A stretch of DNA of 64,000 nt from Chiloscyllium plagiosum (GCF_004010195.1 NC_057718.1:65225811-65289810), one strand, 5' to 3'; shown: positions 39,776-53,845, counted from the first letter of the stretch. Program-made: numbers and translations. The notes: a model not told the origin generated them from the sequence alone.

Positions 39776-40467
39776 GGAAGATCACTCTGGAGCATGAAGT
39801 AGCAAAACCCAAAATCAATCCCATCTGGAAAAAGATGATATGGTTCTTGGTTCAAGTGACAAGTATGAACTAATGCATGCTTGAAAAACACTTAATCTTC
39901 TAGTACATAACACGAAAAAGGTGATGCTGGAATTATATAATTGTGACATAAGCACCAACAAAGCAAGTGCTAAAGTCACCAACCACAATTTGAACATTGG
40001 AATCACAAAGTAACTAAAGAGCACAGAGATTAAAGAAGGCAAAAACTGATCTTTTGAAAGCATACTTTCTCATGAAAGTATTAATGAGTTTTTACTGGAT
40101 TCTGGCTGTTAGTGGAAGGCATTTCAGGCATTTAACATTAGTCAAAAATATATCCTTAATATTAAGGATGACAAAAGAATTAGCAAAAGTAATAAGTATG
40201 AAATACCTCAGCAAATAACCATAATGATAATTCATCAGGACACAACAATGAGGAGAGTATACCTGAGAAACAGAGGCTTCTAAAACCAGTGTATCTATAT
40301 TTGTAAATGAGATGGTACACTGATTTACCAAAGAATTACACAACATAAAAGCTGAAGTGAATGAACTGCCGTTTCTAGATGTGAATGAACAGCCAGCACA
40401 AGATGTTGCCTGGAGAAAAGGGAATGGCCAGAAAAGCAACAAAAAAAAACAGACTACTGAGATATAG

Positions 40468-40738
40468 AGGGTAAAAACAATGACTGCAGATGCTGGAAAC
40501 CAGATTCTGGATTAGTGATGCTGGAAGAGCACAGTAGTTCAGACAGCATCCGAGGAGCAGTAAAATCGACGTTTCGGGCAAAAGCCCTTCATCAGGAATA
40601 AAGGCAGAGAGCCTGAAGCGTGGAGAGATAAGCTACAGGAGGCTGGGGGTGGGGAGAAAGTAGCATGGAGTACAATAGGTGAGTGAGGGAGGGAGATGAA
40701 GGTGATAGGTCGGGGGCGGGCGGAGGGTGGAGTGGATA
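40468..40738 (-). mobile_element. Penelope pLTR with intact hammerhead core (40568-40595)
   Basis: rc: attcCTGATGAagggcttttgcccGAAAcgTCgatt plus C-rich upstream tail. Confidence 0.88.
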
Positions 40739-40867
40739 CTGAGATATACGAACAGCCAGACAGGAATCTATGTCTAACAGAACTCTTACCCACTAACTGA
40801 TGTATATATGATTGTAAATATCATACATATTTTCATTGCAGGAACCTCTAATGCAAAGGAGGAGGAA

Positions 40868-41057
40868 TGTTGTGTATTTACGTAAGCATGTTGGATTGTC
40901 ACTTTTAGAGTCTGATCACATGACATGATGAGGGTGTCATCAACCATTTTGGAGAAAAACAAATTAATCTAGCTTGCTGCCTTTTAGAGTGAATCCCTCT
41001 TTAATAAAAGTTCTTGTTTTAAATGCTGCAGCCACTAGTCCTTCTTGAAATGTAACA
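40868..41057 (+). mobile_element. Probable Gypsy 3' LTR preceded by a polypurine tract
   Basis: aaaggaggaggaa|TGttgtg...aataaaa...gtaaCA. Confidence 0.6.
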
Positions 41058-42199
41058 GATAGCTGCACATACAGGGATTTTGGGGACAGAATATTACATG
41101 TAAATCAAAGTGAACTGACATAAAGGATCACCTGACTGCACAGCAAAGGCAGTTTGTAAATTGACAGTTGTGAGAAAAAGCCAGAGTTTCATATCCCAGG
41201 AGTCAACAGGACTTTAATCTAAACTTCTAAAGCAAACTGGGACCCTAAATGAAATTATCAGAGATGCAGGCTTGAAGGTTTGACTTCATGAATATTTTGA
41301 CCAAGGAACTATTGGAGCAATCTGAACAAGGTATATATTTGTTCAAATTTAAGAAACTGCCCTTATCATTGAACTCCTGTGGCCAAACTTTTAACAGATT
41401 GTATGAAATAGCATCTCTGATTGCACTCTGCTTGGTTCGCTCCCTATTACAATTGGAAACATTCATCTCAAAACTGTTACTGAGATTAGACTAATTCACA
41501 AGCTCCATGATGCTACTAAACTAATGCATTTTCCCTTTAAAACACCTTCATATATTAGCAGGCTTTTCACAAATGTAGGATTTGGAATTGGTATGTGAAT
41601 TACCATGTTACAAATCAAAACAATGAGGGACAAGTTGCTCAATCATAGCCCTGAGTGTGATTTATGAACTATGAGTACTATACTGCACATTTAGCACAGA
41701 GAGAGAGTTACTCACAAGGATTTATGTGGGTATGTCTGATTATCCCCATGGATAGGAACATACTTTACTTGAATGATTATTAGTGTGAGTACTAGTTGAA
41801 GAGAAGGAGAGTTAGCTGAACAGTGTGGGCAGATGCTGTTTGAAGTTAAAGAGAGAAGTGTACTGTCATTTGAAAATTTCCTGTGGTGCAACAAACAGGA
41901 AAATGAATACTGAGCTGGCCTGATCTATGAACCTCAATCATTTTATCCCAATCAGACAAGTTCAGGTTGGACTCCGGAGTTAAACTTGTCATGATGATGT
42001 ATCATAACCTCAATCACATATGGTCATATTGAATACTTTAATGAAATGTGTTTTTTAAAAAGAGGACATATAACCAAAAAATGACTGAAAATGTAAATTG
42101 TGTACAATGTAATTTGATGGCTGCCTGGAAGAAAGGGTTCTCGTCAGACTCAAGATGGACTGATGGATGTGAAGGAAGTTTCATTGACAAGGATTTCAA

Positions 42200-42900
42200 A
42201 AGGAGAAATGCACTAAAAACTGAACTGTGAGTCATTGGAGAGATATAACATGATGGAAAAGAAGAGAGCAATTGGGTGAGAGGCATGTTGTGCTTTCCTC
42301 TTTCACAAAGACAAAAGAACAGGGGTTAACAGGCAATTTTAAACTTGCCGATAGATGTTAACAGGCTGTGCTCTGTGGAGAAATAGCTGGATAAATCTCT
42401 AGTGATGACTGTAATGCAGGTAAAAAGAAAGAAATTTTTCGCTGGAAGCAAATAAACAAGTGAAACCATAGCCATAAGGAAATAAGCCTTTCAGCTGACT
42501 TGTAGAGGTAGGCATCTCAAATTCAACCACGCTCCTTCTAACATCAATGCTGCCAGCATTACTCAACCAAACAGCACATTCTATCATCTGCTTTTCACAG
42601 TACTCAGTGACTGATCTGTATGTTTGCTACAACTTTATTATTTTTGACATATGTTTAATTTCTAGCCTCTGCATATGTAATTATGTTATTATTTACTTTT
42701 GTGTTTAAAAACTAATAAACTAATTTTTCAAGACTCAATAGCTCAGGAAAGTCGGGTTAAACTGGCTCTTTTAACACATAAATTAATTTGATCTGGCAGT
42801 GAGCTAACTACAAGGGAGGGGATCTTTTGTAAATTAACCTTGTTGTGACCAATCCCTCTCCAACAGAGACCTTAACAATTTGGAGCATCCTGTCTGGAAC
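42200..42900 (+). mobile_element. Possible ERV-type LTR 3' half plus degenerate PBS
   Basis: ctaataaact...tgttgtgacc...taaca then tttggagcatcctgtctgg, weakly like a tRNA-Pro PBS. Confidence 0.3.
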
Positions 42901-43229
42901 CATCAAGAACTGAGGACCCTTGCTCGAGAGGTGTTCTGAACAGAATGTAAGGTTGAGGGTATGGGTTCAATTGTCTATCTGTTGAAGGAATTCAAGAGTA
43001 GACCATTCGGTTATGGGAGACATTTACAGCCTGCTGGAAGTAGAGAAGGGACCAAGTTGTTCATGCTTTGTCATAGAGGCCAACACTCTCAATCTATTTG
43101 TTTATGGCTCATAGCAGGGGTCAGCAGGGAATACTTTTGGAATATTATCTTTTGCCACTCACATTTGCCACACTTTTTCACCAATAATGCCACTCAAAAT
43201 GGGTAGGAGTTCAGGTTTGTGGCTGTGAC

Positions 43230-43960
43230 TGGTTCATCATCAGTGCAGGGTTTGAATAAAAGGAGGCAATTACAGTTTTCCAGATCACCTAGGATTATTC
43301 ATCAACCGTCAATCTACAGTCTGCATGCAATTATAAAATGATCAGTATGCAGGTATGTGCACAATTCCCAGCATACTGCATTGACAACTTCATCCTGCAC
43401 ATTTCTCTGCTTGTATCAAACTCTGGAAGCTATGAGCACTGGAGTTGTAGTCAGTCTTAGGGTAATAACATGACAGGGACATAAGGAACAAGCTGCAGAG
43501 AAGGAAAGCTAAGTGCAGTGGAAGAAGGGGGAGGACTTGCAATGGAAGGACCAAGGGCATTCAGGAAATACATCTTCCACCTCCACCTCAATGAGGAGCA
43601 TCGAAAAGAAATCTATATTAACCAGAGTGGTAGACACGAAACAATAGTGCAATCCTCCACAAGGTACAGCTGTTCAGCAGAGTGAGGATAACATTGCCAA
43701 AAACTGTCAAGGCCATCATTATCATCAACATCTATGCAAGTACATCTTTCCAGTGTAGTACAGGTGATAAAGCCAATACTTCCCAATATGTTGTCCATCA
43801 GGAAGCCAATCGATGCCTTTATGGTTAGAAAGAAAGTTCTTTCTCACCTCCCTTTTTTTACCAGGCAGAAGAGGGATGGACAGGCATGTGGCTTTGTCAA
43901 GCTAATGGGGTTCCCAGTGATACAGATAGACATTGACACATGTAGGTGATTTTGCAGACC
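43230..43960 (+). mobile_element. PIF/Harbinger transposase remnant
   Basis: VKAIIIINIYASTSFQCSTGD..NTSQ and GFVKLMGFPVIQIDIDTC resemble the HARBI1-type N-terminus and GFP..GAIDCTH motif. Confidence 0.6.
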
Positions 43961-44214
43961 CCACATGCAAACCACAAGAGCTAACATTCTATTAATGTGT
44001 GTTAGATATGTGATCATGCATTTTATTAAGTGTTCCCATTACCTTTGAACCATGCTGCCAAACCAGAAGTTGGCTGCTGGGGACAAATGGAACCTTAAAA
44101 AAGATTATATGGGACCATATTGTAGGGGGGTGCAGGATAAAAAAATCAAAATTTTTACTGATTAAATAAGACTTTACTTTATAACGAGCAGTGAAGTTCA
44201 TCAGTCAGCATGAA

Positions 44215-45790
44215 TGTTACAAGCAGAACAGATCAAACTATTGGGATTGAAGGTGGACAAGTCCTGATGATGTACATTCTAGAGCCTTAAAGGAAATGAC
44301 AGCAAAGATCATGGATCCATAATGTATAGTATTCCAAAATTCTCTAGATGTGCAAAAGATTCCCATGGATTAGAAAAATGCTTTTATATTGCCATTATTC
44401 AAAAAGGAGGGTAGCAAGAAATAGAAAGCTATGTACCAATTAGTTTAACATCTGTCACTGGAAATTATTAGAATCCATTATTAGGGAAGTATTAACAAAA
44501 CAATAGGAAAATCAAACACAATCCACCATGAAGGATAAATCATGAGTTTTTTTGAAGATGTAATAAGCAATATGAATAATTAGGAGCATACAGATGTATC
44601 ATGTCTGGATGTCCAGAGGCATTTGATAAGGTGCTGCACAAAATATTAATGCACAAAGTAAGATTACATGGGGCTGGGGGTAATTTAGTAGCCTAAGTAG
44701 AGTACTGGCTATCCAACAGAAAACAGAGACAGGATAAATGGGTCTTTTTTCTGATGGTTAAGGTATAATTACAAAGGATGCCACAGAGTTCCGACCTCAG
44801 GCCTCAACTATTTACAAATTATATTTATTTTATTTGATTTGATTTATTATTGTCATATGTATCAAAATACAGTGAAAAGTATTGTTATGCATTTTCTACA
44901 GAAAATAGAAGGGACTATAGCCAAATTTGCAGATGACACCAAATAGGCGGAAAGTTACGATAAAGAAATAAAAAGCTTACAAATGGATATGGTGAATGGG
45001 CCAAAGTTTGGCAAATTGAGTTTAATGTGGATAAATGTGAGGTTATCCATTTTGATTGCAAGAATAGAATGGCAACTTACTTTCTAAATGGAGAGAAGCT
45101 TCAGTGTGTTCGAGTGCAGAGGGATCTGGGTGTTCCTGTGCATGAATTGCAGAAAGCTACTATGCAAGAACAGCAGTTTATGAGGAAGGCAAATGGAATT
45201 TTGGTGCTATTGCTAAAGGAATAGCAAATAAAAGTAGTAAGTGGTGCTGCAGCTGTGCAAGGTATTAGTGAGACCACATCTGGAGTATTGCATACAGTTT
45301 TGGTCCCTTACTTGAGGAGCGATTTACTTGCATTAGAGCTGCAAAGAGGCAGCTCACAGGAGGTTCACAAGATTGATTCCAGAGATGAGGGATTTATCTT
45401 ATGAAGAAAGACTAAGCATTTTAAGCCTGCCCTGCTTGGAGGTTAGAAGAGTGAGAAGAATTGCGATGGATTGACAAAGTAGATGTACAGAGCGTGTTTC
45501 CTCTTTTGGGACAAGCCAATAATAGTCTTAGGATAAGGAGTCGTAGGTTTAAAATAACGATGAGAAGAAAGGGTCACTAATCTGTGGAATTCACTACCTC
45601 AGTGTGGTGGATGCTGGGATATTGAATGAATTTGAGGAGATACAAAGATTTTCAATTTTAACAGGTTGAAAGGTGAAGGGGAGTGGGCAGGAAAGTGGAG
45701 TTGAGGGCAAGATGAGGTTGGCCATCATTGTATTGAGTGCTCAAAGGGCTAAATTGCCTTTTTCAGCTCCCAGTTCTTATGTTCTTAGAA
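44215..45790 (+). mobile_element. CR1 LINE RT to 3' end (degraded), with a Rex-like tail insert at about 44820-44905
   Basis: AKFADDT, DKCEVIHF, VRPHLEYCIQFW; CR1 tail. Confidence 0.85.
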
Positions 45791-47914
45791 TTTCCTTGGT
45801 ACCAGCCCTCCTACTCCAACTGAGTCCACTTTGTTAATTAAAAATCCATTAAAGAGCCAGGAAGATAGCAGGAATAAGGAAAGAAGACATCCCTTCTGTC
45901 ATTGCTTCTGGTCCCAGTTATGGTGGTAAAGCTCCATAGTTGAGGTTACTCTGCCTAGCCATCAATGCTGAATGCCAAACAAATCATAAGATAAACCATT
46001 TTTCCAGAGCAGCAGTAGATTTCAGCCTGCAGCAAGGAAGTTTCAAACTACGCCATCTCAATCTGAAACTGTCAAAGAAGAATGTAATACTGAAAATCCT
46101 GAGGCATAGTTTTGGGAGACGAGAGAGTTCAACAACAAGTTGCTAATTAAAACATCCCTACCGAAAGAAAATGATATGTTTAGATCCAAATTGGATCATT
46201 TCAATATTCAATAGCTTCTAATCTATAAAAGAACCTGTTCTCTGCAATGTAGTCCAATCAACAATCTGTGAAAGCATAGTTTCAGGGAAAAGGAAGAAGT
46301 TCAAGTGGATGCTTCAAAGGAGGTTAAACTCAAGCATCAAAAGAGCTCAAACAGATGAATGTTCAACAAGAACAGAAGCAGTCTAATTACCTCGATAAGA
46401 CTGTTCACTAAAAGCTAGGCTAATAATTGTCACATAATGTAATCAAGCCTTGGAGTCTGAGAATAGGAAAACTTGAAGATTTCCAAAAAACTTTTGCAGA
46501 AACAGCTCAATGTTCTGATGCACTTGACAGCAAAGAGATACATTGATGAAAGTAGTACCTCTTTCACAAAAATAATCAGATCGTTATTTAATCACTGAAT
46601 GATTTGCTAAAGAAGTCTTTCTTCTACAATTTTGTATTGTATTATATTTGAATTTTATATTTGAAATTTTAAATTGGAAAATGGCATTCTTGAAAAAGAG
46701 AACAAAAATATTTGTTTATGTTTGCAGAAGACTATCTTGGAAAAACAAGCCCTTGTTAGAGTGAGAATCTGAGAAATATGTGGGAAAGTAAACCAATTTG
46801 CCATCGAGCCTGCAGACTGCAGTGCAAAGCAAGAACTTCTGATCAAACATGGGGGTGCTTGCTTGCCCTTTTAGCACACACTCATTTGTGCTTGCTTCAA
46901 TGCTCACAGCCTTGCCTTGACTTCAGCTGCTTTGTCCTCTCATCTGCACCTTAAAGGCTCACACTATTTCTGTCTTGCCATGTTACTTAGCGCAGACACC
47001 AAGTCAGACAGATTGTCATGCTTGTCAGCAGTCATCAGTCAAGAAGATGGACATGTTGCTGTTTGGCATAATGTTATGTCAATCTCACATCTACAATATG
47101 CAACAGCAGCTTACACAGCAAGCACACTCCATGTTCACCAAACAATTGGCGAAGTCTCAAAATCTCAGTCAAGTCAAGCTGGTCTGTTGTCTATTAGAAG
47201 TCAGTGATTCAGATAAGAACATGATCTGATCTCAGGCTAGGGCATGGGCACAGTCATTCATCCATTTTATGCTATACGGATTGGGTATCCATTTCACCAT
47301 AGTCTGGTTTGTGCACCATGCTCAATCTTGCAAGGTCAGGTGCAATCAGTCAGGGAATGCACGGTAAGTTGGTCAGGGAACTGCATGGAGAGCAACCAAC
47401 AGTCTGGTCAATCATCAGTGAGGGGCTGTCTGCCCGAGGTAGGCCATGGCCAGTCCTGGGGATCAGTAGAATGAAACTCATGGTATGCCAGGATTTCGGA
47501 GAGTAAAGTGTAAGCTTAATTCTAGGGACTGGAGGCAAAAAGCTAAAATGCAGAAGAGACAAAGATGATGAAGGGGGTCAATATTTTACATAAAGTGGGG
47601 TGTCAATAGTACATGGGAAGACATGGGATATTGTGGAGATGGGATTACATGCAGTCACCATCAGTGTGGCTTCAACAGCGTAATGTGCCTCACAAAGACG
47701 AGCAAAACTAAAGTATAGTGACAAGGCTCAGGGTGGAAGGATGAGAGTTACAGTTATAATTTGAGGTAGTGAGTAGGAATGTGTAAGGGCTCAGTAGTCA
47801 GGGATTGCCAGGTAGAACTTGATGACCAAATTATATCTATGACTCATAGTGCCAAGCAAGACCTGAATTGTCTTCTATATTCTCTTGATTGCTCATGCAA
47901 AAAACAAATGTAAA

Positions 47915-48171
47915 ATGGCTGTGACTATACACAGAATGGGCGAACTTTAGATTAGAGTATGCTGGAAAAGCACAGCAGATCAGGCAGCATCCGAGGAGCA
48001 GGAAAATCGATGTTTCGGGCAAAAGCCCTTCATCAGGAATGCATGGCTGTGACTATACACAGAATGGGCGAACTTTAGATTAGAGTATTGCTGGAAAAGC
48101 ACAGCAGATCAGGCAGCATCCGAGGAGCAGGAAAATCGATGTTTCGGGCAAAAGCCCTTCATCAGGAATGC
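47915..48171 (+). repeat. Near-perfect tandem duplication (128 + 129 bp)
   Basis: 47915-48042 and 48043-48171 differ only by one extra t. Confidence 0.95.
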
Positions 48172-48371
48172 ATTCCTGATAAAGGGCTTTTGCCCGAAAC
48201 GCCGATTTTCCTGCTCCTCGGATGCTGCCTGAGCTGCTGTGCTTTTCCTGATGAAGAGCTTTTGCCCGAAACGTCGAGTTTTCTGCCCCTCGGATGCTGC
48301 CTGACCTGCTGTGCTTTTCCAGCACCACTCTAATCTCTGATTTCCAGCATCTGCAGTCCTTACTTTTGCCT
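48075..48371. mobile_element. Palindromic plus tandem Penelope pLTR insertion
   Basis: Zero-spacer axis atcaggaatg|cattcctgat (48170/48171), ~78-bp arms, second direct copy from 48247; flanks gaatgggcgaa / gaatgggcaaa. Confidence 0.9.
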
Positions 48372-49639
48372 ACTGAATGGGCAAAGTCAGTGTTTTTACA
48401 CCATCCTTATCACACAGGCTCCAATTCTGAGTGATGTCAGTCTTTCAAGGGATAATTGTATCAATCATGCCCTTGCAGAGTTGAGGTTGATGTCTTTTGT
48501 AATCAATGTCATCATGCATGAACAACTGTGTGGGCTGCAAATAGTGCTCACAATCAATCTTGACCATGTAATATGTCATTGCAGATTATAGGTAAGTATC
48601 TCTACAAAACAAAAATAATCACAGACAACTTTAAAATAGCACAAAAGCACAAGGACAATGTAAGGTCTCCTTGCCTGCACAGGCATAGGACTGATTTCCT
48701 GTCATCTTGACTTGTAAAATGTTTGCAAAAAGTTCTTAAATGCAATGATGCATTTCGTGGGTGATGTGTGACTGGGAGCATAACGGCTCAAAGGAGCCAC
48801 CGGAATCCCACGTGGGATCTCTCAATCATTGACCCAGAAATGCATTAAGACTAAGATTGTCACTGATACAATTTGTGCCAGATGACACCGCTTCATTTTG
48901 TTTTACTGTGACGAGGTCAGTGCTGGAGCCAAATCATGAGTTTTGCCAACATAGCTGACTTTCCCCAGGTGCAGGGCACTATAGGCTTTACATATGCCGC
49001 ACTGAGGGGTCATTACATATCATTACATAGCTGAATTCATCAACAGAAAAGATTCTACTCCATCAATGTGTAAGTTCGAGTGATTTATAATCACTAGACC
49101 ACATTTTAGAGGTCTGCGCCATGTATCCTGGAGGCTGCCCCATGCCTGTAATCCTTGAGAACTCTCATGTTCCTGCTGTGCTTGAGGAACCAGATGCCTT
49201 ACCATGATGCTCTTGAGGAGAAAAGGGCTACCCTCTGCAACCATGGATGATGACCCCCATTAGTTACTCATTACTGATCCGGAGCATAGATGCAGTGCAG
49301 CAGATTCTTCAACTGGTGCCATGGTGGAGCAGATGTTAGGCTGGCAAAAGATGAAGTTCTGCTACATTGGTCAGTCTAGGTGAGCCTTGCAAGGCACTCC
49401 AGACAGCTCGTGCAGAGTAATCCAAGCATGCTATGTTCAGCTCAAGGAGGCGTAGAGGGGATATGATGAATGCTAAAGACCTGAGAGAGTTAGGCAGTCT
49501 TCCAACCAGACGAATAAGGATATAATGCATGAAGAACATTACCTTCTATATAACAGAGAAAATTAGCATCAGACTTAAAACAGACAGGACTTAATTGACA
49601 CCTGGTACCAGTAGATAAAAACCATGTGCAGTGATTATT

Positions 49640-50555
49640 TATTGTTTGGATGTGAATGTAGGAGGTACAGTTAGTATGCTTGCAGATGACACCAAAATTG
49701 AGGGTATAGTAAACAGCGAAGAAAGTTACCTCAGGCTACAATGGGATCTTGATCAGATAGGCCAATGGGCTGAGCAGTGGCAAATGGAGTTCAATTTAGA
49801 TAAATTTGAGGAGCTGCATTTTGGAAAGGCAGGTCAGAGCAGGACGAATTCACTTAATGGTAAGGTGCTGGGGAGTGTTGCTGAACAAAGAGGCCTTGGA
49901 GTGCAGGTTCATTGCTCCTTGACAGTGAAGTCACAGGTAGATAGGATAGTGAAGCAGGCATTTGGTATGCTTTCCTTTATTGATCAGAGCATTGAGCAAA
50001 GAAGTTGGGAGGTCATGTTGAGTCATTGGTTAGGCCACTTTTGGAATATTGCAAGCAATTCTGGTCTCCTTCCTATCTGAAGAATATTGTGAAACTTGAA
50101 TTGGTTCAGAAAAGATTTACAAGGATGTTGCCAGGGTTGGAGGTTTTGAGCTGTAGGGAGAGGCTGAATAGACTGGGGCTGTTTGCCCTGGAGTCAGAGG
50201 CTGAGGGATGACTTTATAGAGGTTTGTAAAATCATGAGAGGCATGGATATAGGAAATAGACAAGGTCTTTTCCCTGGGGTGAGGGAGTCCAGAACTAGAT
50301 GGCATAGATTCAAAGTGGGAGAGAAAAAATTTAAAAGGGTCCTAAGAGGCAACTTTTTGATGCAGAGGGTGCTGCATGTATGGAATGAGCTACCAGAGGA
50401 AGTGGTGGGGGCTGGTACAATTACAACATTTAAAAGGCATCTGAATAAGTAAATGCTTGGGAAGGGTTTGGAGGGATATATGCCAAATGGGAGTAGATCA
50501 GGTTAGGATATCTGGTTGGCATAGACGAGTTTCCATGCTGTACATCTCTATGACT
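49640..50555 (+). mobile_element. CR1 (HER1-like) RT/3' fragment
   Basis: SMLADDTKI...WQMEFN; LVRPLLEYC; QRVLHVWNELP; tail tctatgact. Confidence 0.92.
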
Positions 50556-51394
50556 ATATTTTTGGTACCGCATTGGCAAGCTGTCCACTTCTTTTCCAAG
50601 AGGCACATACCCCTTCTTTTTGTTTGATTTGTGTTCACTTTTGGAGATGGTGAATGAAATTGGTCTGAAGGTTTTTCTGGATGTGATAATCTCAAACTGA
50701 ACAATGGTAAAAGTTGGGCTATTCTGGACATTGAGGATTCGGTAGCAGTGACTTGGAGAGGATTGTAAGATGGGATAACTAAGGACAGTTATGCTGTGGA
50801 GCCTAGTGCTTAAACAGCAAAAGTTGTAGGAATTTGGAGTTCTATGTCCAAGCCTTGCCACCTATGTGCTGTGTGAAGCAATGGTTTGAGGCTGTGCCAC
50901 TACATTGATAGTGAAGGACAACTCCATACTGCCAACACTTGATTGTGTAAACAGCTAGGGGTTGAAGTTGATGCTTTTGCCAGGAATGTCAGGATATTCT
51001 GGCAGAGGTGAGTTCTTCCAGCTAGGTCAAATGGTAGAATTGGTCTAGTATTGGATGAACAAAGCATCATACCTAGTTAAGGCTAGAATGGGATAATAGT
51101 GAAAAACAAAACTCACTAGGCCTTGCACAGAGAAACCCATCATGAAACTGCACAAAAACAGCAGCCAATTTTGAGTAAGATTTATCTCCTTATATGTAAC
51201 ATATTTAGGAACTATTAAATTCACCTGATACAATTGCCATTCTCTATGTATCTCTCTGAACTTTGAAGTTTGTCGTTCTTCATCCCATTTCATCTCAACT
51301 GTTTGGTGGTCTTTGATTTTAACCAATAATTGATTATTTTTAATCCCATTTATAATCATATGCAAGGCAATGGTTCGCTGGATGAGTAATTTTC

Positions 51395-51665
51395 AATTTC
51401 ATGAGTAACCCAGACTCTAGTGTTCTGGGGTCATTGGTTTGAATGCCACAACAACAGATGGTGTCATTTGAATTAAATTTTTAAATGTGATAGCAAAAGC
51501 TGAACTAATGATGATCACTGAAACCAATGTTAACTGAACTGCCTGATTCACAAATGTCCTTTAGGCAATGAATTCTGCCATCCTCATCTACCCTGAATAA
51601 TATGACTCCAGGCCCACACCAATGTGATTGATTCTTAAATGCCTTGTGAATTGATCTAGCAAGTC
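51395..51665 (+). mobile_element. Shark tRNA-derived SINE (degraded)
   Basis: ggtttgaatgccac...attcacaaatgtcctttagg...ctgccatcc...tgactccaggcccac; homologous to 37255-37535. Confidence 0.6.
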
Positions 51666-53431
51666 ACCAATTGTATCTTACTAAGTATGAGTGGCACAAT
51701 TCAAAATGGTACAATGCAAGAACATGTATTTCCCATTGACCCTTCTACTTCTGTGGTTCTATGTCACTATATCCTATAGCCTGTTTCTTTCATTTTCTCT
51801 TCTGATCATGTCTTCTCAAACAATATTTCAGCTTAACCTTCTCTTTCAATTTCAGTGGCTTTTCTACGCTTCCCTTTATATTCTCAAGCCTGAATGGTGC
51901 ACTGCCATGATGTGTTCGTTTAAATCCTTCTCCATTGTTCTGTTTACATCTGCCATTCTGGTTCAAGTTGAGGTGATCCTTTTGATCAGCCTTCCCCTTC
52001 TAGAAACTAGACCCATCTCCCAAATATACAATTAAAAGGGATTTAAAAAAGAGGAATAGTTAATCCTAAATTACAAAATAACTAAATGTGAAACCATTTA
52101 TAACAACTGCTTGCAGTATATTCCAAACAGCCTACACATCTCTATGCGAGCAGCAGAATGAAATGATTGAGTCAGTGACCTTCTTAGTAATAGTTATGTC
52201 ACCAGTGGGCATTGATTCCATTGAGATTTCACTGCACATAGCAACAAGCCTGGCAACAGGCAGAAAAAAACCCTGAAAAGTTAGGAAAAATCTAAACTTC
52301 CTCTTTCCTTATTTGGCCATTTATGTTTGAAGGAAAAACACTCACAGGTTTTCTACTACACCCATGAACCTTCTGTGATCATCTCATAAATATTCCACAA
52401 TAGACAACCAACATTCAGGCCAAGTGCTGACGTTAACTTTCAAAAGGTGCCTCACTTCCTGTGTCTCTCCTTCCTTTTCACTGTAGGAAGCACCTAACTG
52501 TCATATGGCAGTATTGTAGTGAGGGACTCATCATTTGCAATCAAACATCGACTATTATGTAGTCAAGTGTTTCATTACTATGTGTTGCATCATTGTACCA
52601 ATTTTTTTTAAACTTTACATCTGTATACAACTACACTCTGTCTGAACAAGTGACAATGTTTTACTTTGACTTGAAGTTGATCGACATCCATGCTTTGACA
52701 CTTTTGACAGTGAGGAGCAATGGGAAAGGGGAGAGATGAAAGTAAAATAAATGATGCTTTGCTTTTGGTTCAAGCAATGATGGAGAACACTAAAAATGAA
52801 TAGAAATTTTAAAAGGTTGCTTAAAAAGCTTTAAAAATAGAGAGAAAGGTGGAGTATTTCTACATTGGCCCAGGAAATTTCATCTCCCTCTATCCCAATA
52901 CTAGCACAGTGCCCTAGGAATCAGAACCCCATTCATCCCATACCACTTTCACAAAATAGTTATCAGGAATATAATCTAGCCCCAACTACACTGTCTCCTG
53001 TCTTTACCATAGTAATTTCCACTTCCTTATTTGAATACCATCCTGCTCCATGGTGCAATGGTCAGCTTACCTATCCACCTGCATGACTTCCTTCTCATCC
53101 ACATCAGGAGAAAAGGCCTCATAATTGTTGCTCAATGCAAAGGAGTGGAACTGTTCCATCACTTTGTCTTCCATTCCCATGCTCGCATGACAAAGTCACA
53201 CTCTCTAGATGCTAAAAACTCTCATGCCCTACTTAAAGTAAAGGATATGAGAACCTCCAAAAGTGAAGTAACTCTCCCCATGTTGATGCCTCACAATTTC
53301 TGCAGGTAGGACTCCAGTTCAACAACTTTGAGCCAAAGCTCCTCAAAGTTTGGGTATTTAAACACAGATATCATTGTTGGGATCGAAATGTTCTCAACTT
53401 ATGCCTGCACATTGCCATTATAACACATAAC

Positions 53432-53845
53432 TTAGTCAAAGAGTTATAGAGATGTACAGCATGGAAGCAAAGCCTTCAGTTCAACTCATCCATGCTGACC
53501 AGATATCCTAACCTAATCCAATCCCAGTTGCCAGCACTTGTCCCATATCCCTCTCAACTCTTCTTATTTATATACCCATCCAAATGCCTTTTAAGTGTCG
53601 TAATTGTACTAGCCTCCATCAGTTCCTCTGGCAGCTCATTCCATACACGCACCACCCTCTGTGTGAAAATGTTGCCCCTTAGGATCCTTTTAAATTTTTT
53701 CTTCTCACTCTAAACCTATGGCCTCTAGTTCTGCACTCCCCCACTGCAGGGAAAAGTCCTTGTCTATTTACCCTATCCATGCCCCTAATGATTTTATAAA
53801 CTTCTATAAGGTCATCCCTCAACCTCCAATGCTCCAGGGAACTAC
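53432..53845 (-). mobile_element. CR1 (HER1-like) 3' fragment
   Basis: Reverse complement of the family at 50150-50555. Confidence 0.9.

Larger units (their letters stand above)
46820..51050 (+). mobile_element. PIF/Harbinger transposon fossil (transposase about 48700-49450), interrupted by Penelope and CR1 insertions
   Basis: QGATG..GISQS, FPQVQGTIG, FINRK.FYSINV, CAMYPGG, KGYPLQPWMMTP, MVEQMLGWQKMKF. Confidence 0.75.

Noticed and set aside
47915..48371. Repeated units as a CRISPR-like array
   Set aside because: Units are Penelope pLTR copies in inverted and tandem arrangement; no unique spacers and no cas genes; eukaryotic DNA
48700..49450. HARBI1 host gene
   Set aside because: Multiple stops, frameshifts and lost catalytic motifs; a transposon fossil
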